NCBI GenBank assembly: GCA_016213435.1
Contig: JACRAL010000037.1
Coordinates: forward strand, 19,503-83,502
Length of the DNA: 64,000 nucleotides
Source: Bacteroidota bacterium
GTDB taxonomy: Bacteria > Bacteroidota > Bacteroidia > Palsa-948
Direction: 5' to 3'
Shown: positions 28,264 through 38,271 of the stretch, one piece after another
How the letters are laid out: each line of letters opens with the position of its first letter
Position numbering within the stretch: position 1 is the first letter of the stretch
Program-made: the position numbers and the translations under genes
Notes under the pieces: model-generated
What the model was told of the DNA's origin: nothing
The model's database searches: none
Seen by the model: only the letters and a program-made list of their open reading frames with translations

Positions 28264-28388
28264 ATTATGCTTTCTTATATGCTTTATAGATGGCGAAATA
28301 AGGAATTCATTAACTTCGGCTTCAAGAATAGATGAAGCAATAAAATCCAAGATTCGTAAATACCATAAAGTTTTTAAACAATAACATT

Positions 28389-28661
28389 ATGAGTAAAACT
28401 CAATTTCAAGTCGAAAAAAATAATAAAGAACAATTGGTAGATCAATGCGATCTCATCGTTTATAATGATGATGTAAACACGTTTGATTTTGTAATTGCAA
28501 CGCTTGTGGATGTTTGCGAACAGGAATACATTCAGGCGGTTCAATGTGCGCACATTATTCATAACAATGGAAAATGCGGAGTGAAGCGCGGAACGTTCTA
28601 TGATCTGAAGCCAAAATGCGAGGCGCTTCTGGAAAAAGGGTTATCCGCCACAATTGAATAA
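28389..28661 (+). CDS. clpS: ATP-dependent Clp protease adaptor ClpS
   Basis: LIVYNDDVNTFDFVIATLVDVC...A...AHIIHNNGKCGVK. Confidence 0.9.
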   Translation: MSKTQFQVEKNNKEQLVDQCDLIVYNDDVNTFDFVIATLVDVCEQEYIQAVQCAHIIHNNGKCGVKRGTFYDLKPKCEALLEKGLSATIE

Positions 28662-29130
28662 TTCGTTCATGACATTAACTTCCATAATCCTGCTCATCCT
28701 GCTCGGAATTTTTCTTCTGATGCTGGAGATCTTATTTGTGCCTGGCATGGTGCTCGGATTTGTTTCTGTCATTTTGATGATTGTAGGGGTCTATTTTTCT
28801 TTCAGGGATTATGGAACTACTATAGGGATCATTGTTTTTACAGGAACAACTGTTGTTTCAATTCTTGCCGTTTACCGGACATTCCATTCCCCGTTTTGGA
28901 AAAAACTGCAGGTGCAATCTTTAGTAGATGGAAAAGCAAATGCACTGGCGGATGGTAAAATCAATGTGGGCGACACAGGAAAAACCATCTCGCGCCTGAA
29001 TCCGATGGGAAAGGCGCTCATCAATAATATGCAGGTGGAAGTGCAGGTGATAGAAGGCTTTATTGACCAAGACAAAGATATTACGGTAATAAAAACAGGG
29101 CAAAACAAAATATTTGTAAAACTGAAATAA
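28654..29130 (+). CDS. NfeD-family membrane protein
   Basis: 3 TM helices plus a C-terminal OB-fold. It lies upstream of floA; the start is possibly the ATG at 28669. Confidence 0.75.
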   Translation: MNNSFMTLTSIILLILLGIFLLMLEILFVPGMVLGFVSVILMIVGVYFSFRDYGTTIGIIVFTGTTVVSILAVYRTFHSPFWKKLQVQSLVDGKANALADGKINVGDTGKTISRLNPMGKALINNMQVEVQVIEGFIDQDKDITVIKTGQNKIFVKLK

Positions 29131-29194
29131 GATTGCTTCCATTTGTATATTCGCATCGTTTTAATTTTAAACATTAAACCTTAAACTCTTCGAT

Positions 29195-30190
29195 ATGCCA
29201 CCCGAACAAAACCTTCTCATTTACGCTCTCCTTGGATTAGGAGCATTAATTTTTCTTTGGATATTTTTCCGCATACTTCCTATCGGTTTGTGGGTAACCG
29301 CACAGCTTTCAGGAGTTCAAATGTCGTTGATACAACTGGCGCTGATGCGTTTCAGAAATGTTCCTCCCGGAGTTATCACCAATGCACTCATCAACGGACA
29401 CAAAGCAGGTCTTATGCTTTCCCGCGATGAATTAGAAGCGCACTATATGGCGGGGGGGCACGTGCAATCGGTGGTGAATGCACTTATCTCGGCCGAGAAA
29501 GCAAACATTCCGCTTACTTTTAAATTAGCCACGGCCATTGACTTGGCAGGTCGCGATGTGTTTGATGCCGTTCAGCTTTCGGTGAACCCGCGCGTAATTG
29601 ACACGCCTCCGGTTTCAGCTGTTGCAAAAAATGGAATTCAACTCCTTGTAAAAGCAAGGGTGACAATAAGAACCAATATTAATCAATTGGTAGGTGGAGC
29701 AGGTGAAGAAACTATTCTTGCCAGAGTGGGTGAAGGAATTGTTACCACGATTGGTTCTGCTCACGATCATCGTTCCGTTTTGGAAAATCCGGATACCATT
29801 TCAAAGACAGTATTGAAAAAAGGTTTGGATGCCGGAACTGCGTTTGAAATTCTTTCCATTGATATTGCCGATATTGATGTGGGAGAAAACATAGGTGCGA
29901 AACTTCAAACCGAGCAGGCAAGTGCTGACTTAAAAGTAGCGCAGGCAAAAGCAGAGGAAAGAAGAGCTCTGGCTGTCGCCCTTGAGCAGGAGATGAAGGC
30001 GAAAGCACAGGAAGCAAGAGCGAAAGTCATTGAAGCGGAAGCGCAGATACCTATGGCTATGGCAGAATCATTTCGCAGCGGAAATCTAGGCATTATGGAT
30101 TATTATAAGATGCAGAATATTCAGGCGGATACCAGCATGCGGGAATCTATTTCAAAACCCGGCCAGCAAAAAGATAAACCGAAAGAATAA
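29195..30190 (+). CDS. floA: Flotillin-like protein FloA (UPF0365)
   Basis: [26 protein letters not shown].. followed by an Ala/Glu-rich coiled coil. Confidence 0.85.
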   Translation: MPPEQNLLIYALLGLGALIFLWIFFRILPIGLWVTAQLSGVQMSLIQLALMRFRNVPPGVITNALINGHKAGLMLSRDELEAHYMAGGHVQSVVNALISAEKANIPLTFKLATAIDLAGRDVFDAVQLSVNPRVIDTPPVSAVAKNGIQLLVKARVTIRTNINQLVGGAGEETILARVGEGIVTTIGSAHDHRSVLENPDTISKTVLKKGLDAGTAFEILSIDIADIDVGENIGAKLQTEQASADLKVAQAKAEERRALAVALEQEMKAKAQEARAKVIEAEAQIPMAMAESFRSGNLGIMDYYKMQNIQADTSMRESISKPGQQKDKPKE

Positions 30191-30195
30191 GATTT

Positions 30196-30203
30196 TATCT
30201 TTG
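30196..30203 (+). promoter_or_regulatory. Bacteroidota -7 promoter box TATCTTTG (TAnnTTTG)
   Basis: It lies 18 nt upstream of tRNA-Arg. Confidence 0.5.
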
Positions 30204-30220
30204 CCTCAATTTAGGGAAAA

Positions 30221-30294
30221 GGTCTCGTAGCTCAATTGGATAGAGCATCTGACTACGAATCAGAAGGTTAAAGGTTCGACTCCTTTCGAGATCA
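30221..30294 (+). tRNA. tRNA-Arg (anticodon ACG)
   Basis: GGTCTCGTAGCTCAATTGGATAGAGCATCTGACTACGAATCAGAAGGTTAAAGGTTCGACTCCTTTCGAGATCA. All four arms pair and the anticodon loop is CT-ACG-AA. Confidence 0.9.
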
Positions 30295-30388
30295 CAATAG
30301 AATGTTTTGTAACAGTAGAGGAACATCCTATATATACGCAGGTCTTTTTATTGAAAGTAAGATTCGTCACTTTCCTTTTTTTTGAGGA

Positions 30389-32152
30389 TTATTTTATCCG
30401 TATCAAAATTTCTGACTTATCTGCCTCGACATCTGTTAACCTCGTTTTGAACTGATGTTGAATGAAATAATCTAATTCTGCAATATCATTCACCGGGTAA
30501 TCAAATACAGGGAATAGCACTCGTTTGTATTGCGCTTTTTGAACCAGTTGATTAAAATATTGCGGATTATGCCCCCATTTTTTTCTGAATATGACAATAT
30601 CAGGCTGGTATTTCAAATCCTCTTGAATATTTTTGTTAATGTACCCAATGGTAACTCTGCAACCTAAATAATAGATGTAGGAGAGTTCTTCATAATTTGT
30701 AGCAATGACGAGGCTATCAGGATGCTTATAATTCGCTTTTATGTAAGGGATTAAATAATCAAGAGGTCCTTTGTATTGGTGCGTGATTTGATAAAAGTAA
30801 CTCTTGCAATAATTAATCTTCGCTTCAGAATTGATGGAAAATGAAATTATCAATGCAATAGTAAATGCAAGTCTCATGAATTTTGCATTCGTCTTTTGTA
30901 CATGGGAAGAAATATAATTGAATATGATAATCGTATCGGTGAGTAATATCAAGATCATAATTGGCTGCAAAACAATAAAATACCTCTCCCACAGCAAGGG
31001 CATTTTAGCTACCATTAAACTAAAACAAATAAAAAATAAAGTCATGAAAAATGACAGTTTTTCCAAATTGATCTCCTGCAAAGATTCTTTTTGATTTCTC
31101 TTTTGTTCCTTTCGTTTGGCGTACCAGATAATCAACTGCAAAGTCTTTACAAAAACAGCGGCATAAAAAAACTCCTGTACTTTAAAAATAAGAACGATCC
31201 TTTTTAGGTTTTCCAGATATCTGTGGAAATCAAGCCCGTAATAGGCCGTTGCTTTTGCAGCGTTCTCAAATGTTTCAAAAAATAGCACAAATGGTGATAT
31301 AAGGACTACTGCAATCAGCATAGGGGACAAATTTTTGAATGTTATTTTTAATTGTCTCCACGTCTCAAAAAATAAATTCTTTTTGTCCTTTCTATCTCCG
31401 AAGATATTGAATGCTCGCTGAAATGCTTCATAGATTCCTATCGTGAGACAAAAAGAAGGAAAAGCTACAAAATTTATCTGGTAGGCAAAAAACAAAACCA
31501 GAATCATTAGGATTAAATATTTTTTAAAGGAATATCTGTTGTTTAAAAAGTATTGAATGAAAACATAAAAAAAACATGCAGTAATAAAAATGAGCAAGGC
31601 ATAATAACGCACTGTTCGGATGTGCAAAAAAAGTGCAACAGAACACAACTCAATTAAAATAAATGCAGCTACAAATTTTTCGTAAGAACTCTTGTTGTTA
31701 AATATCCTGCGGAAGCCAACAACAAAAATTATCAATCCTGCCAGTCCCGCGGTTGCAAAGGGTATCCGTACCAATGCAGATTTCAGGTAGATATCGTCAA
31801 CGTGTTCCGCCAGCGCAACTCCAATGGTTGCAAAATAAAAATCTCCCCATGTACGGGCAATGTTCATATCATAACTTTTCTTATACCCTATCCATGAAGG
31901 ATCATCCGGCAAGAAAATAATATTTTTCTCGTCATGAACTTTTGGATAACCGTATTTTAGCACCTGCGTTGCCGTCATGGCGGTATCTGATTCATCATTC
32001 CAGAGTAAAGGGTAGGAGATATTTTTATAAAGCAGGAAACAAAAAACAAAAAACAATATTGCAATTAAATACTTCAAATCAATCAGTGATTTTTTTTGAG
32101 AAAACTCAGGCAGCGCACTAGCTTTTCTATCAATTTTTTTCTTCCTCATCAC
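30389..32152 (-). CDS. Multi-TM GT-C-fold glycosyltransferase-like protein (ArnT/PMT-like)
   Basis: 587 aa with more than 10 hydrophobic helices, an acidic motif WNDESD in the first extracytoplasmic loop and a soluble C-terminal domain. Confidence 0.55.
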   Translation of the reverse strand: MMRKKKIDRKASALPEFSQKKSLIDLKYLIAILFFVFCFLLYKNISYPLLWNDESDTAMTATQVLKYGYPKVHDEKNIIFLPDDPSWIGYKKSYDMNIARTWGDFYFATIGVALAEHVDDIYLKSALVRIPFATAGLAGLIIFVVGFRRIFNNKSSYEKFVAAFILIELCSVALFLHIRTVRYYALLIFITACFFYVFIQYFLNNRYSFKKYLILMILVLFFAYQINFVAFPSFCLTIGIYEAFQRAFNIFGDRKDKKNLFFETWRQLKITFKNLSPMLIAVVLISPFVLFFETFENAAKATAYYGLDFHRYLENLKRIVLIFKVQEFFYAAVFVKTLQLIIWYAKRKEQKRNQKESLQEINLEKLSFFMTLFFICFSLMVAKMPLLWERYFIVLQPIMILILLTDTIIIFNYISSHVQKTNAKFMRLAFTIALIISFSINSEAKINYCKSYFYQITHQYKGPLDYLIPYIKANYKHPDSLVIATNYEELSYIYYLGCRVTIGYINKNIQEDLKYQPDIVIFRKKWGHNPQYFNQLVQKAQYKRVLFPVFDYPVNDIAELDYFIQHQFKTRLTDVEADKSEILIRIK

Positions 32153-33243
32153 TTTCTTAATTGTAACAACTCGTTACATACAAAGGAAATTTCAGCATTC
32201 TTCAAACTCGGAAAAGTAGGCAAACTTAGAACGTGCCGGCTAATGTTCTCGCAAATGGGGAGAGAATGTTTTTTGTATATCTTCAGCAAACTAGAAGCAA
32301 AAAAACCGGGACGGGTTTCAATACCTTTTTCTCTCAATTGTTCTATTACTTTATCTCTTCCCTGAGGAAAATTCTTTGAGTGCAATTTTAAAGCAAGTGC
32401 CCAAATTACAGGATCGACATCCTTTTCTATTTTTTGCAAAACAATTCCATCAACACCTGTCAAATGTTTTTTGTACTCTTCATAAACTCTTTTTCTTTCG
32501 GAAAGAATTACGTTAATTTTTTCGAATTGCGCTACGCCCATTGCCGCCTGAAAATTGGTGAGACGGAAATTATGTCCCGGAACTTCGTGCCAGTAAAAAC
32601 TTTTACTTCTATCCATTCCATGGCTTCTGTACAGCATCATTTTTTTATTCAGATCCTCGGAGTCGGTAGCCACTAAACCTCCTTCGCCAGTTGTAATTGT
32701 TTTTGTAGCTTGAAAACTGAATGTGCTTATATTCCCGAATGAGCCACAATAATTCCCTTTATATTTAGAAAAGAGGGATTCGGCACAATCTTCAATCACA
32801 GCGATTTTTTTTTCTTTAGCAATACGCATGATCTTATTCATATTGCAAACATTGCCATACGTATGGATAGGAATGATCGCTTTTGTTTTTGATGAAATAT
32901 ATTTCGGCAGATGTTTTGGGGAAAGACACCAGGTATCAGGATCTACCTCAGCAAAAACAGGTTTCAGCCCCATGTGCAATGCAATATTTGAGGCAGCTAG
33001 AAATGAGAATCCAGGAACAACCACTTCATCATTTGGTTTTAATCCCAATCCTAAATACGCAAGATGAATTGCAGTAGTTCCGTTGGAAACAGCAAGAACA
33101 TGTTTTTTATCAAGGACCTTTTTAAAATCATTTTCCAACTTGTCAAGATAGGTTCCGCCAGAAATCCAACTTGATTCGAGCGCATCGGTAACATATTTTA
33201 TTTCATTTCCCCAAAAATCGGGTTTTGTCCATGGGATTTGCAT
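32149..33243 (-). CDS. DegT/DnrJ/EryC1/StrS (ArnB-type) sugar aminotransferase
   Basis: 364 aa; typical N-terminus and the SFQATKTITTGEGG PLP-lysine region. Confidence 0.9.
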   Translation of the reverse strand: MQIPWTKPDFWGNEIKYVTDALESSWISGGTYLDKLENDFKKVLDKKHVLAVSNGTTAIHLAYLGLGLKPNDEVVVPGFSFLAASNIALHMGLKPVFAEVDPDTWCLSPKHLPKYISSKTKAIIPIHTYGNVCNMNKIMRIAKEKKIAVIEDCAESLFSKYKGNYCGSFGNISTFSFQATKTITTGEGGLVATDSEDLNKKMMLYRSHGMDRSKSFYWHEVPGHNFRLTNFQAAMGVAQFEKINVILSERKRVYEEYKKHLTGVDGIVLQKIEKDVDPVIWALALKLHSKNFPQGRDKVIEQLREKGIETRPGFFASSLLKIYKKHSLPICENISRHVLSLPTFPSLKNAEISFVCNELLQLRK

Positions 33244-33244
33244 A

Positions 33245-33934
33245 TTATTTTTTCTTAAGTTCTAAAATGAATCCCGTTCCGAGTGTTCTGTTCTCGACAA
33301 TAGTAAATCCGTGCTTAGCTATTAAAGAAGAAATTTGTTTTTGGCTATGGAAGCTGTAATGTCTTACATCTAGAAAACTCAATACCCTCCTCGTAATATT
33401 AAAAATATTATTCTTGTCATTATAATTGAAAAGAGCTTTGTCTGTGTAAGGTAAAATGTTGTCAAAAAAAATACCGACTTCAGAAATATAGGGAACCACA
33501 CCAATTGAAATTGCAACATCTACCACAGGTATATTGTGTTTCGTAATATCCAATTGAGAAACTTGAAGATTTTTGATATTGGTGTCTGATGATAAATTCT
33601 TTTTAGTTAATTCTACAGCGCTATGAACGTAATCCATGGCATATACATGTGCTCCTTTATCCAACATTTTTTTTGAAAAAATTCCTGAGCCACATCCAAT
33701 GTCTGCCACTTTCATTCCTGGCTTTACATGTTTATCTATGAAAGCACAAACAATATTGTACCTTTCTAAGGTTACTTTTCTTTCTAAAGGAAAAATAAAC
33801 TTCTTGTACAAACCAGATAATCCAAATGGGATGTTAATCTGTTCCTCAGAAGTTATATAGTAAAAACCTGAGTATTTCTCAATGTTTTTTTCCCAATAGT
33901 CTTTATTAATTGTATTGTCCGTATGTTTTTCCAT
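33245..33934 (-). CDS. Class I SAM-dependent methyltransferase
   Basis: VADIGCGSGIFS motif I. Confidence 0.8.
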   Translation of the reverse strand: MEKHTDNTINKDYWEKNIEKYSGFYYITSEEQINIPFGLSGLYKKFIFPLERKVTLERYNIVCAFIDKHVKPGMKVADIGCGSGIFSKKMLDKGAHVYAMDYVHSAVELTKKNLSSDTNIKNLQVSQLDITKHNIPVVDVAISIGVVPYISEVGIFFDNILPYTDKALFNYNDKNNIFNITRRVLSFLDVRHYSFHSQKQISSLIAKHGFTIVENRTLGTGFILELKKK

Positions 33935-34865
33935 ATGTAATTTTATTTTTAATTATGTCTGTTATAAATTCGCTTAAAGATTCCCGAAGCCAGGCATCCG
34001 AAGATCGCCAGCTAAAATCGGAACTTTGTTCGTCTAAAGTTACGTTTTCCGAATTAACGGTTACACTATATAAAGAGGAAATATTATGGATGACCCTGTC
34101 ATTTTTTAGATTATAAACAAATTCAAAATTTCCAATTTCAGTGTAGTGCGTCCCTTCAAGATTACATTCTTCTTTTAGCTTTCTTATTGCAGTATCAGTT
34201 CTTTTCTCTCCGAAATGCACTCTGCCTCCAGGAACCCACCATTTATCTTTTTCTGGTTCATTTTTTCTTTTCACTAATAATATTTCTCCTTTTTTATTTC
34301 GAACCAACAAATCAACGCAGGGAATAGACAAGGATTGCAGAATGACATTGTACAGATCATCTCTTATGAATTGAATTTTGTCTTTATCGTTAGCCTGTTC
34401 ATCCCAAAAAGAAGGATCAGTTTTTTTTTGTGATAAATTAAGTAGCAAATGTTTAAGAAAACCATGCTCCACCTTTTTTAACCATTCGGAGACCTGTGCC
34501 CATTTAAATTCATTGCTTTGAGAATCTATTTTTACTTCGCCATGAGAAATTTTCATCACATAAATAGTGGATATAATATGATGGTGATGATTTGCTTCTT
34601 TATTTTTTACCTGATAGTCATACATTCCAAAGTCTGTAATGGCAGAAGCTGTCATTCCGCATTCATTTTTCAATAATCTTTTTGCAGCATTCATTCTGCT
34701 TTCTGCAAATAGAATTCTTCCTCCGGGAATCCACCACTGAGATTTTGCTGGTTCGTTTTCCCTTTTGAGCATCAGAATCTCATTTTGCTGATTAAGCACA
34801 AGTAATTCTACAGCATTGATAGGGAAAGTGCGTATTATTTCAGTATAAAGTTTTTGTTCAATCAT
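33906..34865 (-). CDS. Tandem Nudix hydrolase (two Nudix domains in one polypeptide)
   Basis: Two Nudix boxes: WWIPGGRILFAESRMNAAKRLLKNECG and WWVPGGRVHFGEKRTDTAIRKLKEECN. Confidence 0.8.
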   Translation of the reverse strand: MIEQKLYTEIIRTFPINAVELLVLNQQNEILMLKRENEPAKSQWWIPGGRILFAESRMNAAKRLLKNECGMTASAITDFGMYDYQVKNKEANHHHHIISTIYVMKISHGEVKIDSQSNEFKWAQVSEWLKKVEHGFLKHLLLNLSQKKTDPSFWDEQANDKDKIQFIRDDLYNVILQSLSIPCVDLLVRNKKGEILLVKRKNEPEKDKWWVPGGRVHFGEKRTDTAIRKLKEECNLEGTHYTEIGNFEFVYNLKNDRVIHNISSLYSVTVNSENVTLDEQSSDFSWRSSDAWLRESLSEFITDIIKNKITYGKTYGQYN

Positions 34866-34880
34866 AACGGCCCATTAATA

Positions 34881-35462
34881 TTACAAGGGAAAATTTACAG
34901 GGGAATGCACATGTCTTACTATTGGTAAAATTAATTCTAGATCATCCTCAAAAATCCTTTCACTGACATTTTTAGGAAGCCCTATGAAATCCTTAAAGCC
35001 ATCTCGTAGAACTTTTTGTCTGCGGATCTTTAATGGAAAATCTTCTTCCCATACTTGCTGGTTCCACTTTATAATCATTTTTGGAAGAAATGGGGCAAGA
35101 ATGAGTTTCCATCCTGTTAGCACAAATTTGTAGTTCATGGTAATCTTTGACTTGTCCATTCCTATTTCTTCCACAGTAATGGTTGTTGCGGAAGGTAATC
35201 CAAACAATCCGACATTGTACACTTTAATTGTATTGGAATTTTTTTGAATCATTACATTTAATGATTTTGATTGTAAAAAAGAAAAAACAGGAAGTTTAAA
35301 TGTTAACAAGTAAACTGCAATTTTTTCATCCTCATAAATTATTTTTGCACTAGTGTAGTTCTTGTGTACAACTATCAAATGTTCGTGATCCCAATAGTTC
35401 CACAACACTACTGCCCTAGATGCATCAATTTCTCGAACGACTTCTTTTTCTATGATTTTCAT
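34881..35462 (-). CDS. Stand-alone Rieske-oxygenase catalytic (non-heme iron) domain-like protein
   Basis: 193 aa. WNYWDHEHLIVVH fits the D-x2-H-x4-H mononuclear iron motif, and the gene is adjacent to a Rieske protein gene. Confidence 0.5.
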   Translation of the reverse strand: MKIIEKEVVREIDASRAVVLWNYWDHEHLIVVHKNYTSAKIIYEDEKIAVYLLTFKLPVFSFLQSKSLNVMIQKNSNTIKVYNVGLFGLPSATTITVEEIGMDKSKITMNYKFVLTGWKLILAPFLPKMIIKWNQQVWEEDFPLKIRRQKVLRDGFKDFIGLPKNVSERIFEDDLELILPIVRHVHSPVNFPL

Positions 35463-35473
35463 TGTAAATACTA

Positions 35474-35875
35474 TTACGTAGTTAAAGGAATAATAATCTC
35501 TATACGGTCATTATTTATATGCAAATCATAGGATTGTAATTTTCCCTTAAAGGGAAAGCAACCCAACGGCTCATGTGCATTCTTCAAGATTTTTCCTACC
35601 AAAGAAGTTTCTTCATAGCTTTCCCACTGAGCAAGACTTTGGCAGGTGTTGAGATCGAATTTCCATCCGTGCCATCTGCATCTTAAAATGTCTTTTGAAG
35701 AATCATAATCAAACTCTCCGCCAAAATGAGGGCATACTGTTGAAACTGCTTTGGGTTTTCCTTGCATCCAAAAAACTGAAATCTCATCTTTTAATTCGTC
35801 AATAAACTTTGTGACCTTTTTTTTATCTTTCAATTCTGAAAGGGAGCAAAAATGGTATATCTTCCGATCTTCCAT
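35474..35875 (-). CDS. Rieske [2Fe-2S] domain protein
   Basis: CPHFGGEFDYDSSKDILRCRWHGW fits C-x-H-x15-C-x2-H. Confidence 0.85.
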   Translation of the reverse strand: MEDRKIYHFCSLSELKDKKKVTKFIDELKDEISVFWMQGKPKAVSTVCPHFGGEFDYDSSKDILRCRWHGWKFDLNTCQSLAQWESYEETSLVGKILKNAHEPLGCFPFKGKLQSYDLHINNDRIEIIIPLTT

Positions 35876-35890
35876 GGTCTTATTATAGTT

Positions 35891-37141
35891 TTAAGGTATT
35901 ATTTTCACCTCGGGCAAGGGGATGATGAACTTTGTTCCGCTTTTTACTAGATCTTTTTCTCGTTCCATAAATCCGGTAACGAAGCTGTAAGGGAGCGCAA
36001 GCAGATAATCCGGCTTGGCCTTATGCATTTCGTCCTCATCTTTTATAGGAATATCTGCTCCTATGATGTATTTACTGAACTTGAAGGAATTTGAATCAGC
36101 TGCTGCTGTTATCAGATCGCTCTTAATATCGCAATACTGAAGTATTGTATTTCCTTTTGTAGAGGCACCGTAGATCCATAATTTTTTTCCTTGTGCTTTT
36201 ATCTTTTTGCAGAGTTTGATGAGATCAATGCGCGTCTTTTCCACTCGCTTCATAAAGCTGATATAAATGGAAGGATTGTATATCCCCATTTGCAGTTCAT
36301 TTTGCAATTCTTTGCGATAGCGTTCTGTTGGGGGATATTTTTTGCATCCTTTCTTCTTTATAAACACTCTGAAACTTCCACCGTATACATCGTTCAAGGT
36401 AACGTCAAAAATTTCCAGTCCTGCTTTATCCATGATCCATCGCATGTGGTCGGTCGCATAATATCCAACGTGCTCATGCACAATATTATCATACATGTTT
36501 GTTTGTATCATTGCCGGGAGATATGCCATTTGCACCACCCAAATTCCATCTTCAGCCAGGCAAGCTGCAGCATCTTTTGAAAACTGGATAGGATCATACA
36601 AGTGATAGAACATTGCAATACTGAAGATCATTTTAGCTTTTTTATCAGTAACTGAATTGTAAGTTTTTTCGTTAAAAAAACCGTTAACTTTTATAAACTT
36701 CTCCGATTGAAAAACCGTCTTTACATTTTGAGCGGCATCAATGCACACCAAGTCGCATGGTGTATTTTTCAAATACGATAAAAGCGTTCCGTCATTCCCC
36801 CCGATATCTAACACCAGATCGTTGTCAGTTAAAGTAGCATGAGCCAGAGCGCTGTCCAAAACATCCTTCAGGATCTTAGGCATGGAAGAATTTGTGGAAC
36901 TTGTGAACGGATAATTCTCATACATGCTTGACATATCAAAAGAATGCCCTAGCTGCAAAACACCGCAGCTGTTTTCATTCTTTTCACACAATACTAAATC
37001 CAAAGGCTGCTTTTTGATATCCTTGCGGTAAGAAAGGTCTTTTGGGAAAATAGAGGACAAGTATTGATCTCCTAAATCGATAACAGGTATCAGCGATGTG
37101 TTTCCGCAAAAACGGCATTTGGTGATTTTTACAGTGCTCAT
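35891..37141 (-). CDS. NDP-hexose C-methyltransferase (TylCIII-like)
   Basis: 416 aa with an N-terminal zinc-ribbon motif CRFCGN..L..VIDLGDQYLSSIFP, a class I methyltransferase core and a C-methyltransferase C-terminal domain. Confidence 0.75.
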   Translation of the reverse strand: MSTVKITKCRFCGNTSLIPVIDLGDQYLSSIFPKDLSYRKDIKKQPLDLVLCEKNENSCGVLQLGHSFDMSSMYENYPFTSSTNSSMPKILKDVLDSALAHATLTDNDLVLDIGGNDGTLLSYLKNTPCDLVCIDAAQNVKTVFQSEKFIKVNGFFNEKTYNSVTDKKAKMIFSIAMFYHLYDPIQFSKDAAACLAEDGIWVVQMAYLPAMIQTNMYDNIVHEHVGYYATDHMRWIMDKAGLEIFDVTLNDVYGGSFRVFIKKKGCKKYPPTERYRKELQNELQMGIYNPSIYISFMKRVEKTRIDLIKLCKKIKAQGKKLWIYGASTKGNTILQYCDIKSDLITAAADSNSFKFSKYIIGADIPIKDEDEMHKAKPDYLLALPYSFVTGFMEREKDLVKSGTKFIIPLPEVKIIP

Positions 37142-37165
37142 ATTCTATATGTCAAGTTTATAAAA

Positions 37166-37855
37166 TTATTTTTTCATTGTATCGAGAAATCTGAAAACCT
37201 CTTTTGCATCAGGAAAAACAGGGTCAGGGTTTTCAATTTCCTGTACATCCATGGCACCCTCAAATTCAATATCAGTCTTTAAATACTTAGCAATATCGAT
37301 CATGCTTATAGTATTAATAGCGCCCACTTCAACAATGCCTTTTAAATCCAAATGAGAAGCAATGTAGCTTGAAACGAAATCAACGCTTGCAAAAGCATAC
37401 CTACTTTCACCGTTCACAAATACTTTTTGACCGTTGAGCATATCTATCAATACACCTTTTTTCAATCCGTTTCCAAACATAGAACTTAATCGTAGAATCA
37501 GGTGGTTGCCAAAATTACAAATGTTTTCAGCAGCTAATTTATGCCTCCCGTAAACAGTATCTAGCTGACATCGTGCCGAGACGGTACTGACCTGCACAAA
37601 TTTTTCATACGTGCATTTGTAAAATATATCTGCTGTTTTCTGAACTGTTTCTTGGAAATCTTTCTCTGGATTATTTTTTGCCCAGAATCTAGCAGCCGGA
37701 TGTGCTGTATTTATTACTATGTCATAGTGTTTACCTATATGCTCTTGGTAATTAGCGCGTGTAACTGAAATGACATGATATTTTTTAGCAGTCAGGGCAG
37801 CACACAAGTTGCGTCCGATAAATCCATTGGCTCCAAACACCGCGACAGTAGTCAT
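37166..37855 (-). CDS. Short NAD(P)-dependent SDR (epimerase/reductase-like)
   Basis: GANGFIGRNL Rossmann motif; 229 aa. Confidence 0.7.
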   Translation of the reverse strand: MTTVAVFGANGFIGRNLCAALTAKKYHVISVTRANYQEHIGKHYDIVINTAHPAARFWAKNNPEKDFQETVQKTADIFYKCTYEKFVQVSTVSARCQLDTVYGRHKLAAENICNFGNHLILRLSSMFGNGLKKGVLIDMLNGQKVFVNGESRYAFASVDFVSSYIASHLDLKGIVEVGAINTISMIDIAKYLKTDIEFEGAMDVQEIENPDPVFPDAKEVFRFLDTMKK

Positions 37856-38259
37856 TTTTTTTTGCTGTCAAATATATCTTCTCTTATTATTGGATCTTTG
37901 CAATCATCCCAGGGTTTTGTGAGCATTGCCACGGCTGTTAAAGGCGTAATGGCATAGATAGTATGCGTAACTCCTATGGGAGTCCTGACGCAGCTTCCCT
38001 TGCTGATATGAATGATTCTCTCTTTCATATCCGGAGCATCCCGTGTAACAGCAATGCCCGAACCTTCCACCACTAAAAAGTATTCAACAAATTCAGGGTG
38101 AAAATGATTCCCTCGTGTGGTGGCAGGAGTAAAATATAGAAGATTAAATTCCATGATCTTGTCCTGAGGAACCCATGTAAAAATTCCTCCGCGGCCGTCT
38201 TTAACAGTATCCACGTTACAACTCGGGGAGAATACTTCCATTCTTTCGTTTGACAACAT
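37852..38259 (-). CDS. Cupin-fold protein (WbuC/CapF C-terminal-like sugar epimerase/isomerase)
   Basis: 135 aa; the ..TTRGNHFHPEFVEYFLVVEGSG.. cupin motif. Confidence 0.55.
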   Translation of the reverse strand: MLSNERMEVFSPSCNVDTVKDGRGGIFTWVPQDKIMEFNLLYFTPATTRGNHFHPEFVEYFLVVEGSGIAVTRDAPDMKERIIHISKGSCVRTPIGVTHTIYAITPLTAVAMLTKPWDDCKDPIIREDIFDSKKK

Positions 38260-38271
38260 AGCAGTATGTTT

